DNA from: Trichosphaerium sp. ATCC 40318
Lineage: Eukaryota > Protista > Tubulinea
DNA: 64,000 nt
NCBI GenBank assembly: GCA_038496445.1
Contig: JALMLS010000450.1
Coordinates: forward strand, 62,001 to 126,000
Direction of reading: 5' to 3'
In this document: positions 51,392 to 64,000 of the stretch, piece by piece
Position numbering within the stretch: the stretch's first letter is position 1
How the letters are laid out: every line of letters begins with the position of its first letter
Made by a program: the position numbers and the translations under genes
Notes under the pieces: generated by a model
Database searches by the model: none
What the model was told of the DNA's origin: nothing
What the model saw: only the letters and a program-made list of their open reading frames with translations

Positions 51392-51601
51392 AAACGTTGT
51401 CCTTGGACACATCATTTCAAAGTGTAAAGTAGAATAATAATGCTTACAAATCATTGTAAAAGCGTCTCCAATATCCTATGAGCGTATACTAGTGATGTTT
51501 AACGTCCTAGTGTACATGTAGTTCAACGAATCTCTTTGACTCTTTAAGTGCCTTATTCTTACCAAAAACAGTTAAATGTACTACCATTACGCTTGAAACA
51601 A

Positions 51602-53014
51602 ATGGAAAAGCGATTAGAGTGGAAGCCTATTGATATTTCACCATTTCTTAACCCTTCGGACAAACCTGAACGTCAAGCGGTCATTAACGAAGTCCGTGAA
51701 GCTTGTGAAAACCACGGATTCTTTCTTATCACTGGTAAGGCGGTATATGACTCTATAATCCTTCTAACACATCGCATAGGATACGGAATAACAGCATCAA
51801 CATTTGACGATGTGTACAAGAATGCGTGTCGTTTTATGGCTTTACCTTTAGAACAAAAAATGAAGTATCATGATCCCAAGCGTTCAAGTAGGGGTTACGG
51901 TCCTTTAGCTTCGTATAGTAGCAATAAATTTAATGGATCTAATAAAGTATGTAGCTGCGTAGCTGTTTTTGGACACGTGATTAAACTCCGTAAACCAAAG
52001 ATCTTTTTTGTTCTTACTATTTTAAGGCCATTGAAAGGGATAGTTTTGAAGCGTTTATATGTGGTCCAGCGTCCCATGATAAAGCAACAGATCAAGTAAG
52101 GGATAAGTACGGGTATTGTATCGAAGAAAATATATGGCCAAATGAGCAAACTAAGCAGGTTTGGAGGTAGGTACTTTTGGTTAACTTGTCAAAACATTGA
52201 ACGTTCCCAAACTAATTATTGTTTAGTGAGTGTTTCTCTAAGATGGAAAAACTTTCAGCTACGCTTATGAGCATTTTTGCTCTATGCCTTGGTTTGGAAG
52301 AATCATATTTTGATAAGTTTATTGACAGACACAAGTCAAATTTTAAAGTACAACTTTGGTAGTCTACTTTTAAATAATCTCACGTAGGCAAACAATTACC
52401 CATTAGGGAAGAATTTTAGCAATGTACTACTTTGGTTGGTACTAATTTACTCATCCATTGCACTTTAGATACGTACACATCGCCACACCGATTGGGGAAC
52501 TCTAACAATTCTATGGAGAAACGAGTTTGATACACAACAAGGTTGGACAAAAAAAATAAACGTTTATTAATACCTGAGTAGGTGGACTTCAAATTCTTTA
52601 TGCTGGTGCTTGGCATTATGTACCTTGTAAAAAAGATACACTTTTGATTAATGTAGCAGATATAATGTCGTTCTGGACCAACAACAAGTGGAAGTCTTCA
52701 TGGCACAGGGTTGTGGAGTACGACTAATTTTGTTCAAACACCAACTAACAATCTGTGTAGGACACCTGAATTACAGGAACCACGTGTATCCCTTGCGTTT
52801 TTTCACAACCCTAACCACACAGCAGAAATTATACCACTCTACGGAGACAAAAATATCAAAGAACCTAAATGGTTTAAAGACTGGAGAAAGAGAACAAACT
52901 ACAAAGCAAGAATTTTTCTTTTCTATGTCAATTCTTTGTTAACATTTTTTCTTCAAGGGACCAGTTACCTGTGGCGCATGGCATGATGCGAAAGCATCAA
53001 TTGGAAATAACTAA
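51602..53014 (+). CDS. 2-oxoglutarate/Fe(II) dioxygenase, isopenicillin-N-synthase-like
   Basis: PIDISPF, ACENHGFF, HTDWGTLTIL, GGLQ, LINVADIMSFWTN, HRV, RVSLAFF. Confidence 0.9.
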
Positions 53015-53491
53015 GCTAAAGTGTTATACACCCATGTCCAAAATACACAATGGTTCGAGCTTAACAGTATAAATTGATTGCGTTGTGACTTGTGCTCATA
53101 ATCACCAGCATCTTACTTACTCCAGTATGTGATGACTCTCTTTATTCTTTTAACATGAACTCCTTCCATAATATATCCCTCAACATACAACTCCTGTTTA
53201 TAACAATAAAAGTAGGGAAAAAAAGATTATCTCCCTCAAAGTTTATACACGTGCAATAAATTTATTTATTTCTAACTTAAGAGTTTACAAGATGACTTAT
53301 TTGTCTTCTGGTTAACATATTTAAACTTCGAGGTGTTTGCGGCGGTAAGCCTTCAAGTCAAGGACAACATGCATGTTTGTGTTTTTCCGCAAAGTCAGAA
53401 TATACGTGTATAGTTTATTTATTTCTAACAAAAAAGTGTATGTATGGTTGTTACCACAATCAAGGTGTGTTCGATCAAATATTTCATAGGA

Positions 53492-55766
53492 TTATTTATC
53501 TTTAGAAAGAAACTCAACAGCTTTTTCAACCTCCCTGATACTCGAGTTAGAAATCACGTGTTTAAAAAATGTAAACACAATGACATACCTCTTATTACCA
53601 ATATAAAGAGGTACACGTTGGTGAACCGTTTTAGGTACAAACTTGAGAATATCTTCATTACCAGTACTTGCCTTAAAAGAAGATGTTAACTTAAACCAAA
53701 AACTCTTTAGTTGTACCTTTCCTCCAGCATTTTCAGCAATAAAAGCTAAAGGTGCAGCTTCATACAATAGCCTTAATTTACCAAAAGGCGTTTTCGCGGA
53801 CTTCGTATCTAAAAAAAAGTCAGAAAAGCCACAAAACACTTAAATGAAAAAGTTGAAAAGGTGCCAAAAAAAACGAAACAAAACTCACCAGCTGGGTACA
53901 TAAAAACACCTCCGTATAACAAGTTTCTGTGAAAGTCTGAGACTAAACTACCAACATACCTAGCAGTATAAGGTCTACCTAAAGATAAAAACATTAGTAG
54001 CTAACCAAAGGAACAACAAGATTCAAACTCTTTAAAAAACCAAGATCTTTTTTTTCATTGCAACTTAGTCCGCTGAAGTACGCTTGCGTAACAACAAAAT
54101 CGAGCACAAAGGCGTTGGATAAAACAAATTCATATGTTGAGAACGGGGGAAGAGCTTTTGGTTGACCACAACTTCGTACCCATTTCCTTATCTTCATCAC
54201 GACACCAATTTACAAAGTTTTTGACACCATCTGTCCAGTAGTTCCAGTAAGACTCGTTAGCAGAATAACACTTTGGTTTTGCTGGGAATTTCATATCCTT
54301 GTGGGTTAGAATAAATTCACCGATAGAAGGATCAAGAGTGAAACCATGAACACCTGAAGAACAAAAAATCAACAAAAAATCTAGAAAACAGAACAAAAAC
54401 GAAGAACAAAGGAATCTCGCTCTCAATCAGTTTCTAGTAACATACCTTGTCCAGTAGTATAGACTAGCATAGAACTAGGTCCATACAAGACGTAACCAGC
54501 GCAAACCTAATGGCTAGTTAAGGAAACACAATGCAAAAAAAAAAAAGTTTGAACTGGTGATCTTCGTACGAGATTGCTGCCTGGTTGAAGTGCATCAGTC
54601 ATATCTGGCTTTTGAGAACTATCTGTTACACGTGCCCAAATACCGAAAATAGTACCAATAGGTACATTACACGCTAGGAAATTTAGTGGTAATCACAAAG
54701 ATACAAAACTGTTTGAACTAAAGTAAAAAAACGGTTTTTTGGTTCTAACAGCACACGTGACGGTACCAATATTACTAGAACCATCTAGAGGATCCATAGC
54801 TACAACGTATTTTGAACTTAAATACTCGTCCTAAAAAATCAGTAAGAGAGATACATAGAGAAGTAGATGAGAGTAGTTTCTTTGTTTTTGGAAAAGACTC
54901 AAAAACAAAAAGGAAAAATTATGAAAAAAATTTCTCCTTGTACCTTTGGATACACAGGTTCATCGTTTTCTTCTGATAGAAGCATGCAAACAAGTCCACT
55001 ATTGAGTAGGCGTCTAATAAGAATATCATTTGCTAGTTCATCCAAGATTTTGACTGTTTCTCCCTACAACTCTGTTTAGAGAGGCTTAAAAACGAAAGCA
55101 AACGGTGGCGACGTTACATATAATAAGGCTAAGCGATTTGGGGAATAATTGGGCGTTGTAGAGAAGGTTTCAAAGGCGTTGACGTCAAAAACAAAATAAT
55201 TTTGGGGCAAAAAACGTTATGACACGACATAGTTTAAACGCTCGTATCGCATTGCAGCGGTGCTGGTATAATTTTTGAAGGTATTTGACAAGTACCTGAA
55301 CGTTTGTAGTTCCTTTTTCTCCAATAACTTCTGCGATACCCGCTAGGTTAACCTAGAAGGGATTAAATCCTTCGTTGGGGATATGACGATCAATGCTGTG
55401 ATGTAACGTCTTGCGACGTTAAAAAATCTTTAAAACGCTCTTACCTTGCTGTTAACTACTTTAGAAGCTACAATAATCTCGTAGAGAAGCTGAGTGAAGT
55501 CTCCAGTTGCCTCCTCATTTTTAGAAACGGAATTGACGATATTTCACGATACCTTTGCGTGAGCATGTTCCTCAAGGGCTACGTGCTGATTTACAGTGAT
55601 TCCCAACAAGTCTCTGTTCTCTGGAATTGCAGGTCAGAAAGTACGCCATTAAACAGCTGTAGAGGCTCAATACTGGCTTTGTTTTGATGACAATACCTGT
55701 ATCCTCGGTTTTCTGACGCTTACCTTGTCCTCCTTTCAATTCTTCAGTCGCACTACGCTTTGACAT
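53492..55766 (-). CDS. FBP1: Fructose-1,6-bisphosphatase class I
   Basis: [67 protein letters not shown]. Confidence 0.96.
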
Positions 55767-55955
55767 GATTACTATTTTTTGCGTTTTCACGACTTAAAAG
55801 CTGTCACTTAAGTGGTCTTTCTTAGCACTACAAATAAACTCCACGAACTCAGAGTATCTTCAAAATGTTTAATACGTTTATCACACTCGTTAGATAGCAA
55901 GACTTTGTAAAGTTTTTCTTCAAGAGTGAAAAGACATTTGCAGACTTAGCTATTT

Positions 55956-57725
55956 TTATTGAATCTTGTACGCCTTGAAGTTACCACTTACATGTAACAT
56001 ACCAAGAAAATACAACATTCCGTCATAGTATCTGTATTGACCTGAGGGTATAGGTTGTTCCCATAGGGCCTCAACAAATTGCCACGTGTTGTTTGTAGTA
56101 GCCTGTGAAAACAATGAGAGATTGGAGGTTTGTAAAAAAAAGCATACTGATAGTCCTGCAACAGCGTTCATAGCTACCAACCCAGGCGAATGATCACCAG
56201 ATATCTAATAAGATATGTAAGTCTTCATTTAGCATCGTAATACGTACTTGGTTGCCATCAAGAGAAAACTGGTTTCCATAAGTTTTAATACCTATTCGCT
56301 TTTTAAATTACATTCTGAATGCTACAACTACCTTTTGATATAAAGAAATCTAAAAGCTTGTTACTGAGATCTATTTGTTGTTTGTCGTTGGCAAACCACG
56401 CATAATCCATTGCCCTTTTGTCATATTAATAATTGACTCTCCACGACTGTAAAGTACCAGTTCATTGCACATCTCCAAGCGTCAAAAGAGAAGTGAGTAC
56501 CGCCATGTGATTGTCCGGTAAACTCAGCGTAATCAGGCATTAGACCTTACGATCATGTCGTTATTATAAAACAATGTGAGTAGCATTAGTACCAGTGTTA
56601 GCGTTTGCAGCTTCATGGAAGAATGTCCTCGCTGCACCAACAGTTTCGCTCCAAAAAGACTGATTTTGAGCTGCATACTTGGACCATACGTAGTAAAATG
56701 ATGGTAAATGATAACTGGGATCCGTGTACGTCGCTATTTCAAAGAATATGTTTCACACATGTGAAAGAAATGCTGCACTTTAAAAAAATACATACCAGCT
56801 CCTGCATACGGTGTAAAGACTACCTGATGATTTTCCGAATTAAACATATTTGTAACACTCTGAACAGGACCATTGATTTCCTTTAAAGTCAATTATAAAT
56901 ATGGTGATAAGGGCGTTCATTATTACCTTGTCTAACATTGTAGCCAATAAATCATTTGCTTCTTTATAATAGTCAAAGTTGCTGCTATTACCCCAACGAG
57001 CAGCAGCGAATAATAAAGCTGTTGCAAAGTATGTCTCTCCATCAGATGCTAGAAACCATAAGCAACAACTAGGGAAATAAAACGAACCAGAGTTTTGATC
57101 TATCACGTCACCATTAGTTTTGCAGTGCCAAGAAAAGTAACCATATCTAAAATTAACAGATCAACTATTACTTCTCGTCTGCTTCACCGGTACCTGGGAT
57201 CAGAAGCTTCATTATGGCGCATATAAGTAATAGCCCATTTATAAAGACTATCAAACTCCTTCTGTTTATCCAATTGAACACAAATCATCATACCATAAGA
57301 CATTCCTTAAAAAACAAGTATGGATAAAAAAGCAGGTCACGTGACATTTCTAACGAAAAGTTTTAGGCGTTTACCTTCTGTCCTAACGTCATTATCTGCA
57401 ACATCCCAAATATAAGCCATATCATTACCTACAGGGTAATATAGAGCGTTGTTTTTTGAATCGCCATAAAAGATCGTTTGGAAAATAGTCTGTATTTTGG
57501 CTTGTATTGCGTCATTGCTGTACCCCATCTCTTCAAATAAGTTTCTGTACTTGTTGGTAAAGAAAGCGCCTATTTTACGTATGTTTTAGTGCTTTCTTTA
57601 ATAGCAAACCGATTTGGTATACTTCTAAAACAGTAACTACCTTGAGACGGCGGTTGCGGTGGATTCAAGCCATTGGTTAATGAAATGATCAGTAATAGAG
57701 GTAGAATAAATGCTAAAATAGCCAT
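55956..57725 (-). CDS. Secreted GH8 glycoside hydrolase, xylanase/Rex-like
   Basis: Signal peptide; YRNLF; DVRTEGMSYGMM; GYFSW; ASDGETYFATALLFAAARWG; TDPSYHLP; GLMPDYAEF; DAWR; YRYYDGMLY. Confidence 0.92.
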
Positions 57726-58021
57726 ACTAGGTGTTATTACACGATTCGTTGTATGTGAACGCTCACAGTCGCTTAAACGTAAAGTGTGAATAGGTTAACA
57801 AAACAACACCTAGAAGGTGCTGTACGGACGAGTATACTCTCAAACAAGCGTCACCTTGTATTATGGCGTTTGACAGACCTAAATTAGCGATTGGTCAAAA
57901 AAAAAGGCGTTTTCCTTGGTCAATTTAGCAGTCAACCATCACAAGCACATAAGAAGGCGCTACCACGCACAGATATTCACAAATTGCATCTGCTAGACAG
58001 GTTTGCTGTACCGTAACAAAA

Positions 58022-60605
58022 ATGCGTTTGGTGACGCACTTTGGTTATTTAATTGCTATGATGGCATTTTATGCAACTTTGGTACAATGTATAGAAGTTC
58101 CTGGCTTTACTGGGATGGAACCATTCCAATTCATCGATACTCCATTTCCTTTAATGTCTTACTCTAAAAACGACTCGTTGGGGCAATTGTCGTGTACTTT
58201 GAGTACGTATTCCCAAATTGACCTAAAGTAGCGCGTTTTATACATCTTATAAGCGTCCAATACCTACACAAGGCCATCTAAACTACTTTTTACGTTAAAT
58301 TACAAAATAAGCCACTAACGTACCAAAGAATTTGCGAACATTCAAACGTCCCTCACATCGCCAACGGAGGAAAAGCCAGAAGGGAATACGTACAATTTCG
58401 AAAACTATAGTTGGACGACAACGCAACAGACGTTCCAAGCGTATTCAAATATCAACTTTACAGCTACAGTTGAAGGCGCAAGCGTTGTTTTTTCGTTTCT
58501 GTTCATACGAGCACCTATCAATGTACGGAAATACTCTCTTATCGCTTAAAACCTTTGTTCTACGCGTACTAACCACAAGTCAATTAGTATACTGTACCAA
58601 CAACAGATTTTTCTTATTTACTTGAATCAAATACGCTTAAAATGAGCATGTACGTCGATAATTGGCAAGTTCCTAATACTACATGGATAACAATAAGATG
58701 TACGGATGATTTTTTTTGTTTTGGAAGTTTGTAACATAAAACTCAGGTGAACAGAAATGTGACTCAGCAATAACAGTCGTTGAACCTCCCTTTACTACGA
58801 GCGAATGTGTTAGCGAAGATGTACGTCTATAACAATAAGTTAAACCTCATAAAACGCAAGAAAAAGCAAAACTATCTAAATTCCAAAAAAAAAACCTTTC
58901 TGACAAGTGACACTTCAATTTACTTCTATGCATGCCTTTTTGTTTTCATGGTATATTCTCACATACCTTACATCTATTAACAAGCGCTCAAAAACTAATT
59001 TTGTTATTTTATAAAGGCGATAGAGTTCACGACAATCAAAACCTATTACACAGGTGTAAAACAAAGAAATGGAAACAGTAGCAGTATAGTTAGTCGGTAC
59101 TTGCATAACTCAAGAAATGATGGCTCATGGACTTGTAATGGTATACAACTAGTCCATCCTCTTCAAGATCCATCTAACTTGCGACGTACGTCTAGAAGAA
59201 AAAAACCCCAAAAACGTGATATTTTTTTGCTTAATTTTCTCATCACATGTTCTTGTTGTGCTCTTTAATTAATTGTGTATATGTAGGCCCAGATATTCTA
59301 AATACGTGGATAAACTCAAACTTTACAGAAATCCCAGTAGAGATCGGATTTCGTGCAAGTAACTCTATAGCATATGATCCTGATCTTCGATTCTTATTCG
59401 ACATTGCGCCAGAGAACTTAATCAGTAATATTCCTAATACAGCTGACGATGAACCATCGCCACCTTCCTCTGGAGCTACACTAAGAATAATAGTAGTAGC
59501 AATAACAGCAGCTGCTATAGTTCTTACAATAATCATAGTAATAGTTCTTTGTATTGTCTTAAGACATCGAAGAAACCTACGAAGACAACAAGCACAGAGT
59601 AACGTATTAGATACAGCAGCACCAATGAAAATACGTGGTACTGGTGGTAGTAAGAACAAGAATAACCAAAAACAAGGTGGTATAGTAGAAGCAAGATCAA
59701 AGACATCAAGAAACGAAACATTCTCTCTTAGTACTGGTATCATTGGTAATAATGAAAAAGAAAATGGTATTCCAAAAAGACATCATCATGGTATGATGGA
59801 GAGAAGAGGAACTGTAGCATCTCAACAACCAGTAGGAGAGATGATACATCCTACACCCTCTCTATGCTCAGATGACAGTAGTACACGTGATATGGCAATG
59901 ACATGTGTATTAGATGCTGTTGCTGATGCTAATGCAGAGAGGATTGATACTATAATAGCTAGAGGTAACTCTCCGAATTTTGAGTTATCTCCTAGGCTTA
60001 ATATTCCTCAACGTGTTAACTTATCTCCTCTAATATCTCCAAGTATTGGAGGTGGAGGTAGTATGTCACCAAAACTGCCTCCAAGGAGAGGTAACATTTC
60101 TCCTATAGTATCTCCAAGACAAAACCAACACACAGGAAGTATAACACCTACAGAACGACGACCTCAACCACAACCACAACAGAAATACACTATTCAAATG
60201 CCCCGACAAAGTGTTAAACCAGAGCTACCTCCTCGTGTGCCACTTCAAGTAGGAGGAAAGACTCTGGATCAACTAGCTCGTGCTGCTGTGCCTAGAGGGT
60301 CTCTTCCTTCTCTTCCTTCAAGTGCAGCGAATACAAGAGCAACAACGACAACAGTAACATCGTCTCAACCTACAACAGTTCATGAACAACCAGAAAGAAC
60401 ACAGAGGTTCCCTAGCAATGCGCCAAGAGCAAATACACAAGCACCACCACGAGGCACTGTATATCAACCAGCTACAACACCAAATCATGTACAACAACAA
60501 AATTATACTACAAATGTTGGAGGAACACAACCATCAAACTCTTTACCTTTTGATAACAATGCTGATGAAAGCAACAAGAAGTTCTTTATTCCAAAACATT
60601 TGTAA
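58022..60605 (+). CDS. Type I membrane protein with long Pro/Gln/Thr-rich cytoplasmic tail
   Basis: Signal peptide, multi-exon ectodomain, TM IIVVAITAAAIVLTIIIVIVLCIVL followed by RHRR, PKLPPR and PELPPR motifs. Confidence 0.75.
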
Positions 60606-60889
60606 TTTGACGCTGTTGAACGACGGGAGAAGAAGAAGAAAAAAAAAAGAATAAATAAAGAAAACCCATTGTATTTTAAGAAAACACAGAGGCATAAAAA
60701 AGTTGAGCCATAGTATCCCATAAGGTTTTTAGGCGCAGTAAAAAAAAATATCACTTGCGGGCTCATATTGAAAAAATGTCATCCACTGGCATTGTCAACA
60801 TATTTCTTTGTTTACTACAGTACTGCATTGCTGCATATTTTTGTTGACAACAAAGCTACAGCCTCCGCCAAGCCAAGTATTACAACAAA

Positions 60890-61753
60890 ATGAAAAGCGC
60901 TTATCATATCCGCAAATACATACGTCATTTATTCAATCTGGTAAACACAGAAAATACAAATCAAGGCGTATTTGACCTTATTTCACTTCCAGTTGAATTA
61001 ATAGTTCATATTCTGAAGCAAGGGACATATACACTCCCTTCAGCGCAAACTTGCCACTTTCTCCGCGATATTATTCACAACCACGTTGGATACAATGAAA
61101 TCATTGTTAATTGCAACCACGGAGTTTCGCTGCTTTCCGGTAGCCCGTTACTGCAAAATACACCAATTTCTTTTGGACGATTTAGGCCAACCGACAGCGA
61201 CTTGCGTTTATTTGCAGGAGTACACACTATTAACCTCGGTATTAGCTATGACATAACAGATGAGGGTATCAAAGCATTAGCTGGAGTACATAAAATAAAT
61301 TTGGAAAATAAAAAAGTTACTGATGACGGTTTGAAGTCATTGGCAGGAGTACACACTATTAACCTCAGGTTTTGCTGTGAAATAACAGATGAGGGTATCA
61401 AAGCATTAGCTGGAGTACATGAAATAAATTTGCGAGAAACAGATGTTACAGATGAGGGTGTCAAAGCATTAGTTGGAGTACATGAAATTAATTTGCGAGA
61501 TACAATTGTTACAGATGAGGGTGTCAAAGCATTAGCTGGAGTACATAAAATAAATTTGCGAAATACAAATGTTACAGATGAATGTTTGAAGGTATTTGCA
61601 GGAGTACACACTATCAACCTCAGGTTTTGCCGTGAAATAACAGATGAGGGCGTCAAAGCATTAGCTGGAGTGTACAAAATAGATTTGCGAGATACAAATA
61701 TTACAGATGAAGGTTTGAAGGCGCTAGCAGGAGTACACACTATCACCATCTAA
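60890..61753 (+). CDS. Intronless F-box-like protein with leucine-rich repeats
   Basis: LISLPVELIVHIL then about 8 repeats of ITDEG.KALAGVH.INL, with unit-level DNA similarity. Confidence 0.88.
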   Translation: MKSAYHIRKYIRHLFNLVNTENTNQGVFDLISLPVELIVHILKQGTYTLPSAQTCHFLRDIIHNHVGYNEIIVNCNHGVSLLSGSPLLQNTPISFGRFRPTDSDLRLFAGVHTINLGISYDITDEGIKALAGVHKINLENKKVTDDGLKSLAGVHTINLRFCCEITDEGIKALAGVHEINLRETDVTDEGVKALVGVHEINLRDTIVTDEGVKALAGVHKINLRNTNVTDECLKVFAGVHTINLRFCREITDEGVKALAGVYKIDLRDTNITDEGLKALAGVHTITI

Positions 61754-62655
61754 ATTGATAAAGTAAAAACTCCATTAGAAAAACTCCATACAGCCAGTAT
61801 TTGATTCTCCATGCTCACTCCCATTCGTTCTTGGTGAGCAAACTTGACACAAAAAATTGTGCAAAGTTGCAGTTAGAATAAAGTTGATAAGCTGCCATTT
61901 GAGACAATAAAAAGTTGTTAAGCCGTTATTCAAACAATCACTAATAGGTACTTTGAAAGTCATGGAATCTGTTAGAAGGCATAAGTGGATTTGGTCTAGC
62001 GTATCAAAGCAATACTCCATTTCGTGCCAGTTTTAATATAAACTGGTTGAATCTTACTTTCGAGCATACCTGTGGCTTGGTTGAGTAAACGTGTTCAATT
62101 TTGTACAAGGGAAGTCAAGTCAAAAACCAATCACTTTGCCACTTCTGTCGGTTTATGGGGTCCTTTGAATTCTCGGTTTACTTTGTTCTTGTTAGCAGGC
62201 TCGATGTAACAGACAACATACAGAACAAGGGCACAGTTAACTTGCATTCTCTATAGGGAATGAAATTTGGATATTGTTCGTACACTTTCTGTGTACTTCG
62301 GTTGATCAATGCGGAGCAGAAAAATGATTTGGTTCAGCTCTTCAGGACTCAAAATCAAGTGGATAATACACAGCAAACGATAACTCAAAGACAATACAGT
62401 CACTATTGTTGTAAACACTGCAGAAAGAGAATTTCGACATTTGGCATTGTTTGGGTTTTTGTTTTAAATCACGTGACGTAATTTCGCCTTGAATTTTTTT
62501 TATAATTCTTCAATACTGGGTGGTTGGATTGAAAAATTGCGTAAATTACTATGTGGGTATCATTGCCCGTTTTTGTTGGGTATTTTTTGGGTAAAGGGAA
62601 AATACTGTAGAACTCAATTACTTACCCCGTTCTACCATTTCATACTTTTCCATTT

Positions 62656-62842
62656 CTTTAGAACGGAAAATGGGTTTTTATCCAGAGCATCTACAATGTG
62701 TACTGTAGCTTGTTACCAAATTTTCGCGTTGAGTTTCATAAACGTTTCTTTAGAATGGAAAGTGGGTTTTATCCAGAGCGTCTACAATGTGTACTGTAAT
62801 GCGTTGCCAAAATTTCTGTGATTTCACGTGTTTCATAAATGC
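62656..62842. repeat. Imperfect tandem duplication, two units of about 92 bp, non-coding
   Basis: TTTAGAA.GGAAA.TGGGTTTT(T)ATCCAGAGC.TCTACAATGTGTACTGTA...TTTCATAAA occurs twice. Confidence 0.8.
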
Positions 62843-63020
62843 TGGAACGCCAAATGTCCTCATTTATATCTTGTGTGATCCATTTGTTGGTGCCCTTTAT
62901 CCGCTATCATGAAGTGTTTGATAATCCAGAAACCTCCAGAATCTGTGGTTAACGGTTTTTGTGATACTTTGGTTAAATTCACACAAAAGATACGTTTATT
63001 ACAAATTGCTCTCTTCTGCG

Positions 63021-64000
63021 ATGCACCTCATCTACGCTTTCTTTGTTATTTGTATTGTGTCTGCAGCTACAATGAGCTTCTCTGGTCAAGTTGCTGATGT
63101 CTCTTGCGGGTGAGAATCTTTTTTCTATGGTTATCAAATTATTTCTTTAGAAACAATGCTGGTACATGCTCAACACCGCCTCAGTTGTCTCCATTCTATG
63201 GGTTTAACGAACAACACTCAGCCACCTGTGTCAAGTACGATCTCTTTCAATAACACTACAACAAGCCTTACAGAACCTTAGAGGTGATACTGAAGCGAAC
63301 TACGTTACAAAAGACCTCACTGTGTCAACTGGAGGTTTCTATTTCATTTATGGTAAGACGGTGATTTGAAAAAAAACTGTCTTAGTTTTTTCTTTTTTAC
63401 TTTCTGCTATTTAAAAAACGCCATAGTATCTTTATCAACTCGCTTTTGTTTCTTGTTTACTAGATGTTCAGCATCTCTTGGTTCACGTACACGGTTTAAC
63501 TCTTTTTTTTTTAGTTCAAAGTTCTATTCAAATTGAGGCAAATATACACGTGATAATCTACGAAAATGGAAATTGGGATTGTAATTCTCCATGTGATAAT
63601 ATTGTATGGGCTATCACAGGCAATCCCTTAGGCCGTATGAATACCATCAAAAACATGTTCCCCGACTAATATTTGTCTTCTTTAGCCAAAACTACGGTGG
63701 GTACAATATGGATACCAGCCGGAACTCACAAAGTGTTAATAACATACGATACTGATCCTGATGAACCTTATACAGACTACAACGTAAATACTGGAGATGT
63801 AGGATTTCAAGGTATTTTTGTTGTTGAGATGACTCTTTCAGCACAAATGGACGCATTGATAAGCTACAACGCAACCAGCCCAATGAGAGAGTTTGATAAG
63901 GTTTGCAATGGTACAAATGGTACTCCGACTGCTCAATTCAAATGGACTGCTCCAAAGACTTCAGAGTATTCCATTGAGTTTGCAGGTGTAGTAGGAAATT
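63021..64000 (+). CDS. 5' part of a multi-exon secreted protein (runs off the window)
   Basis: MHLIYAFFVICIVSA signal peptide; GTGAG intron; long open exon from about 63685 (KTTVGTIWIPAG...FKWTAPKTSEYSIEFAG). Confidence 0.65.

Noticed and set aside
61210-61745. Regular DNA repeats resembling a CRISPR array; antisense ORF 61246-61749
   Set aside because: Coding LRR units with no unique spacers; the antisense ORF is a shadow
61775-62060. Minus-strand 81-aa ORF
   Set aside because: No recognisable motif or convincing exon chain
1-64000. tRNA/rRNA genes, U12-type introns, alternative genetic code
   Set aside because: None recognised by eye; apparent in-frame stops are explained by introns, and TAA, TAG and TGA all terminate conserved genes

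Overview
AT-rich, gene-dense eukaryotic DNA with many short (about 40-150 nt) spliceosomal introns. The gene content (Dictyostelium-type CTDC repeats, amoebal W-rich repeats, MORN-variant and F-box proteins, an Mdm10-like barrel) suggests a free-living protist, probably amoebozoan; this is inference. I reconstructed about 27 genes by hand, so exon boundaries are provisional. Recognisable genes: RBM39, a surface-anchored PQQ/sorbosone-dehydrogenase-type protein, a KCNAB-type aldo-keto reductase, a zf-3CxxC protein, dienelactone hydrolase, a fucosyltransferase, purple acid phosphatase, DTD2/ATD, a 2OG-Fe(II) oxygenase, FBPase and a GH8 xylanase. Most notable: (1) a single intron-containing gene fusing a divergent bacterial-type NagB to NagA; (2) four mosaic, module-shuffled paralogs of a secreted protein, with near-identical tracts, a variable cassette and a shared promoter motif; (3) a candidate 45-nt poison exon in RBM39; (4) strong, largely intronic enrichment of CACGTG plus GCACGT-donor GC-AG introns; (5) intronless F-box/MORN and F-box/LRR genes, one lying beside a Ty3/gypsy RT relic, and a MORN protein with a mitochondrial-type presequence.
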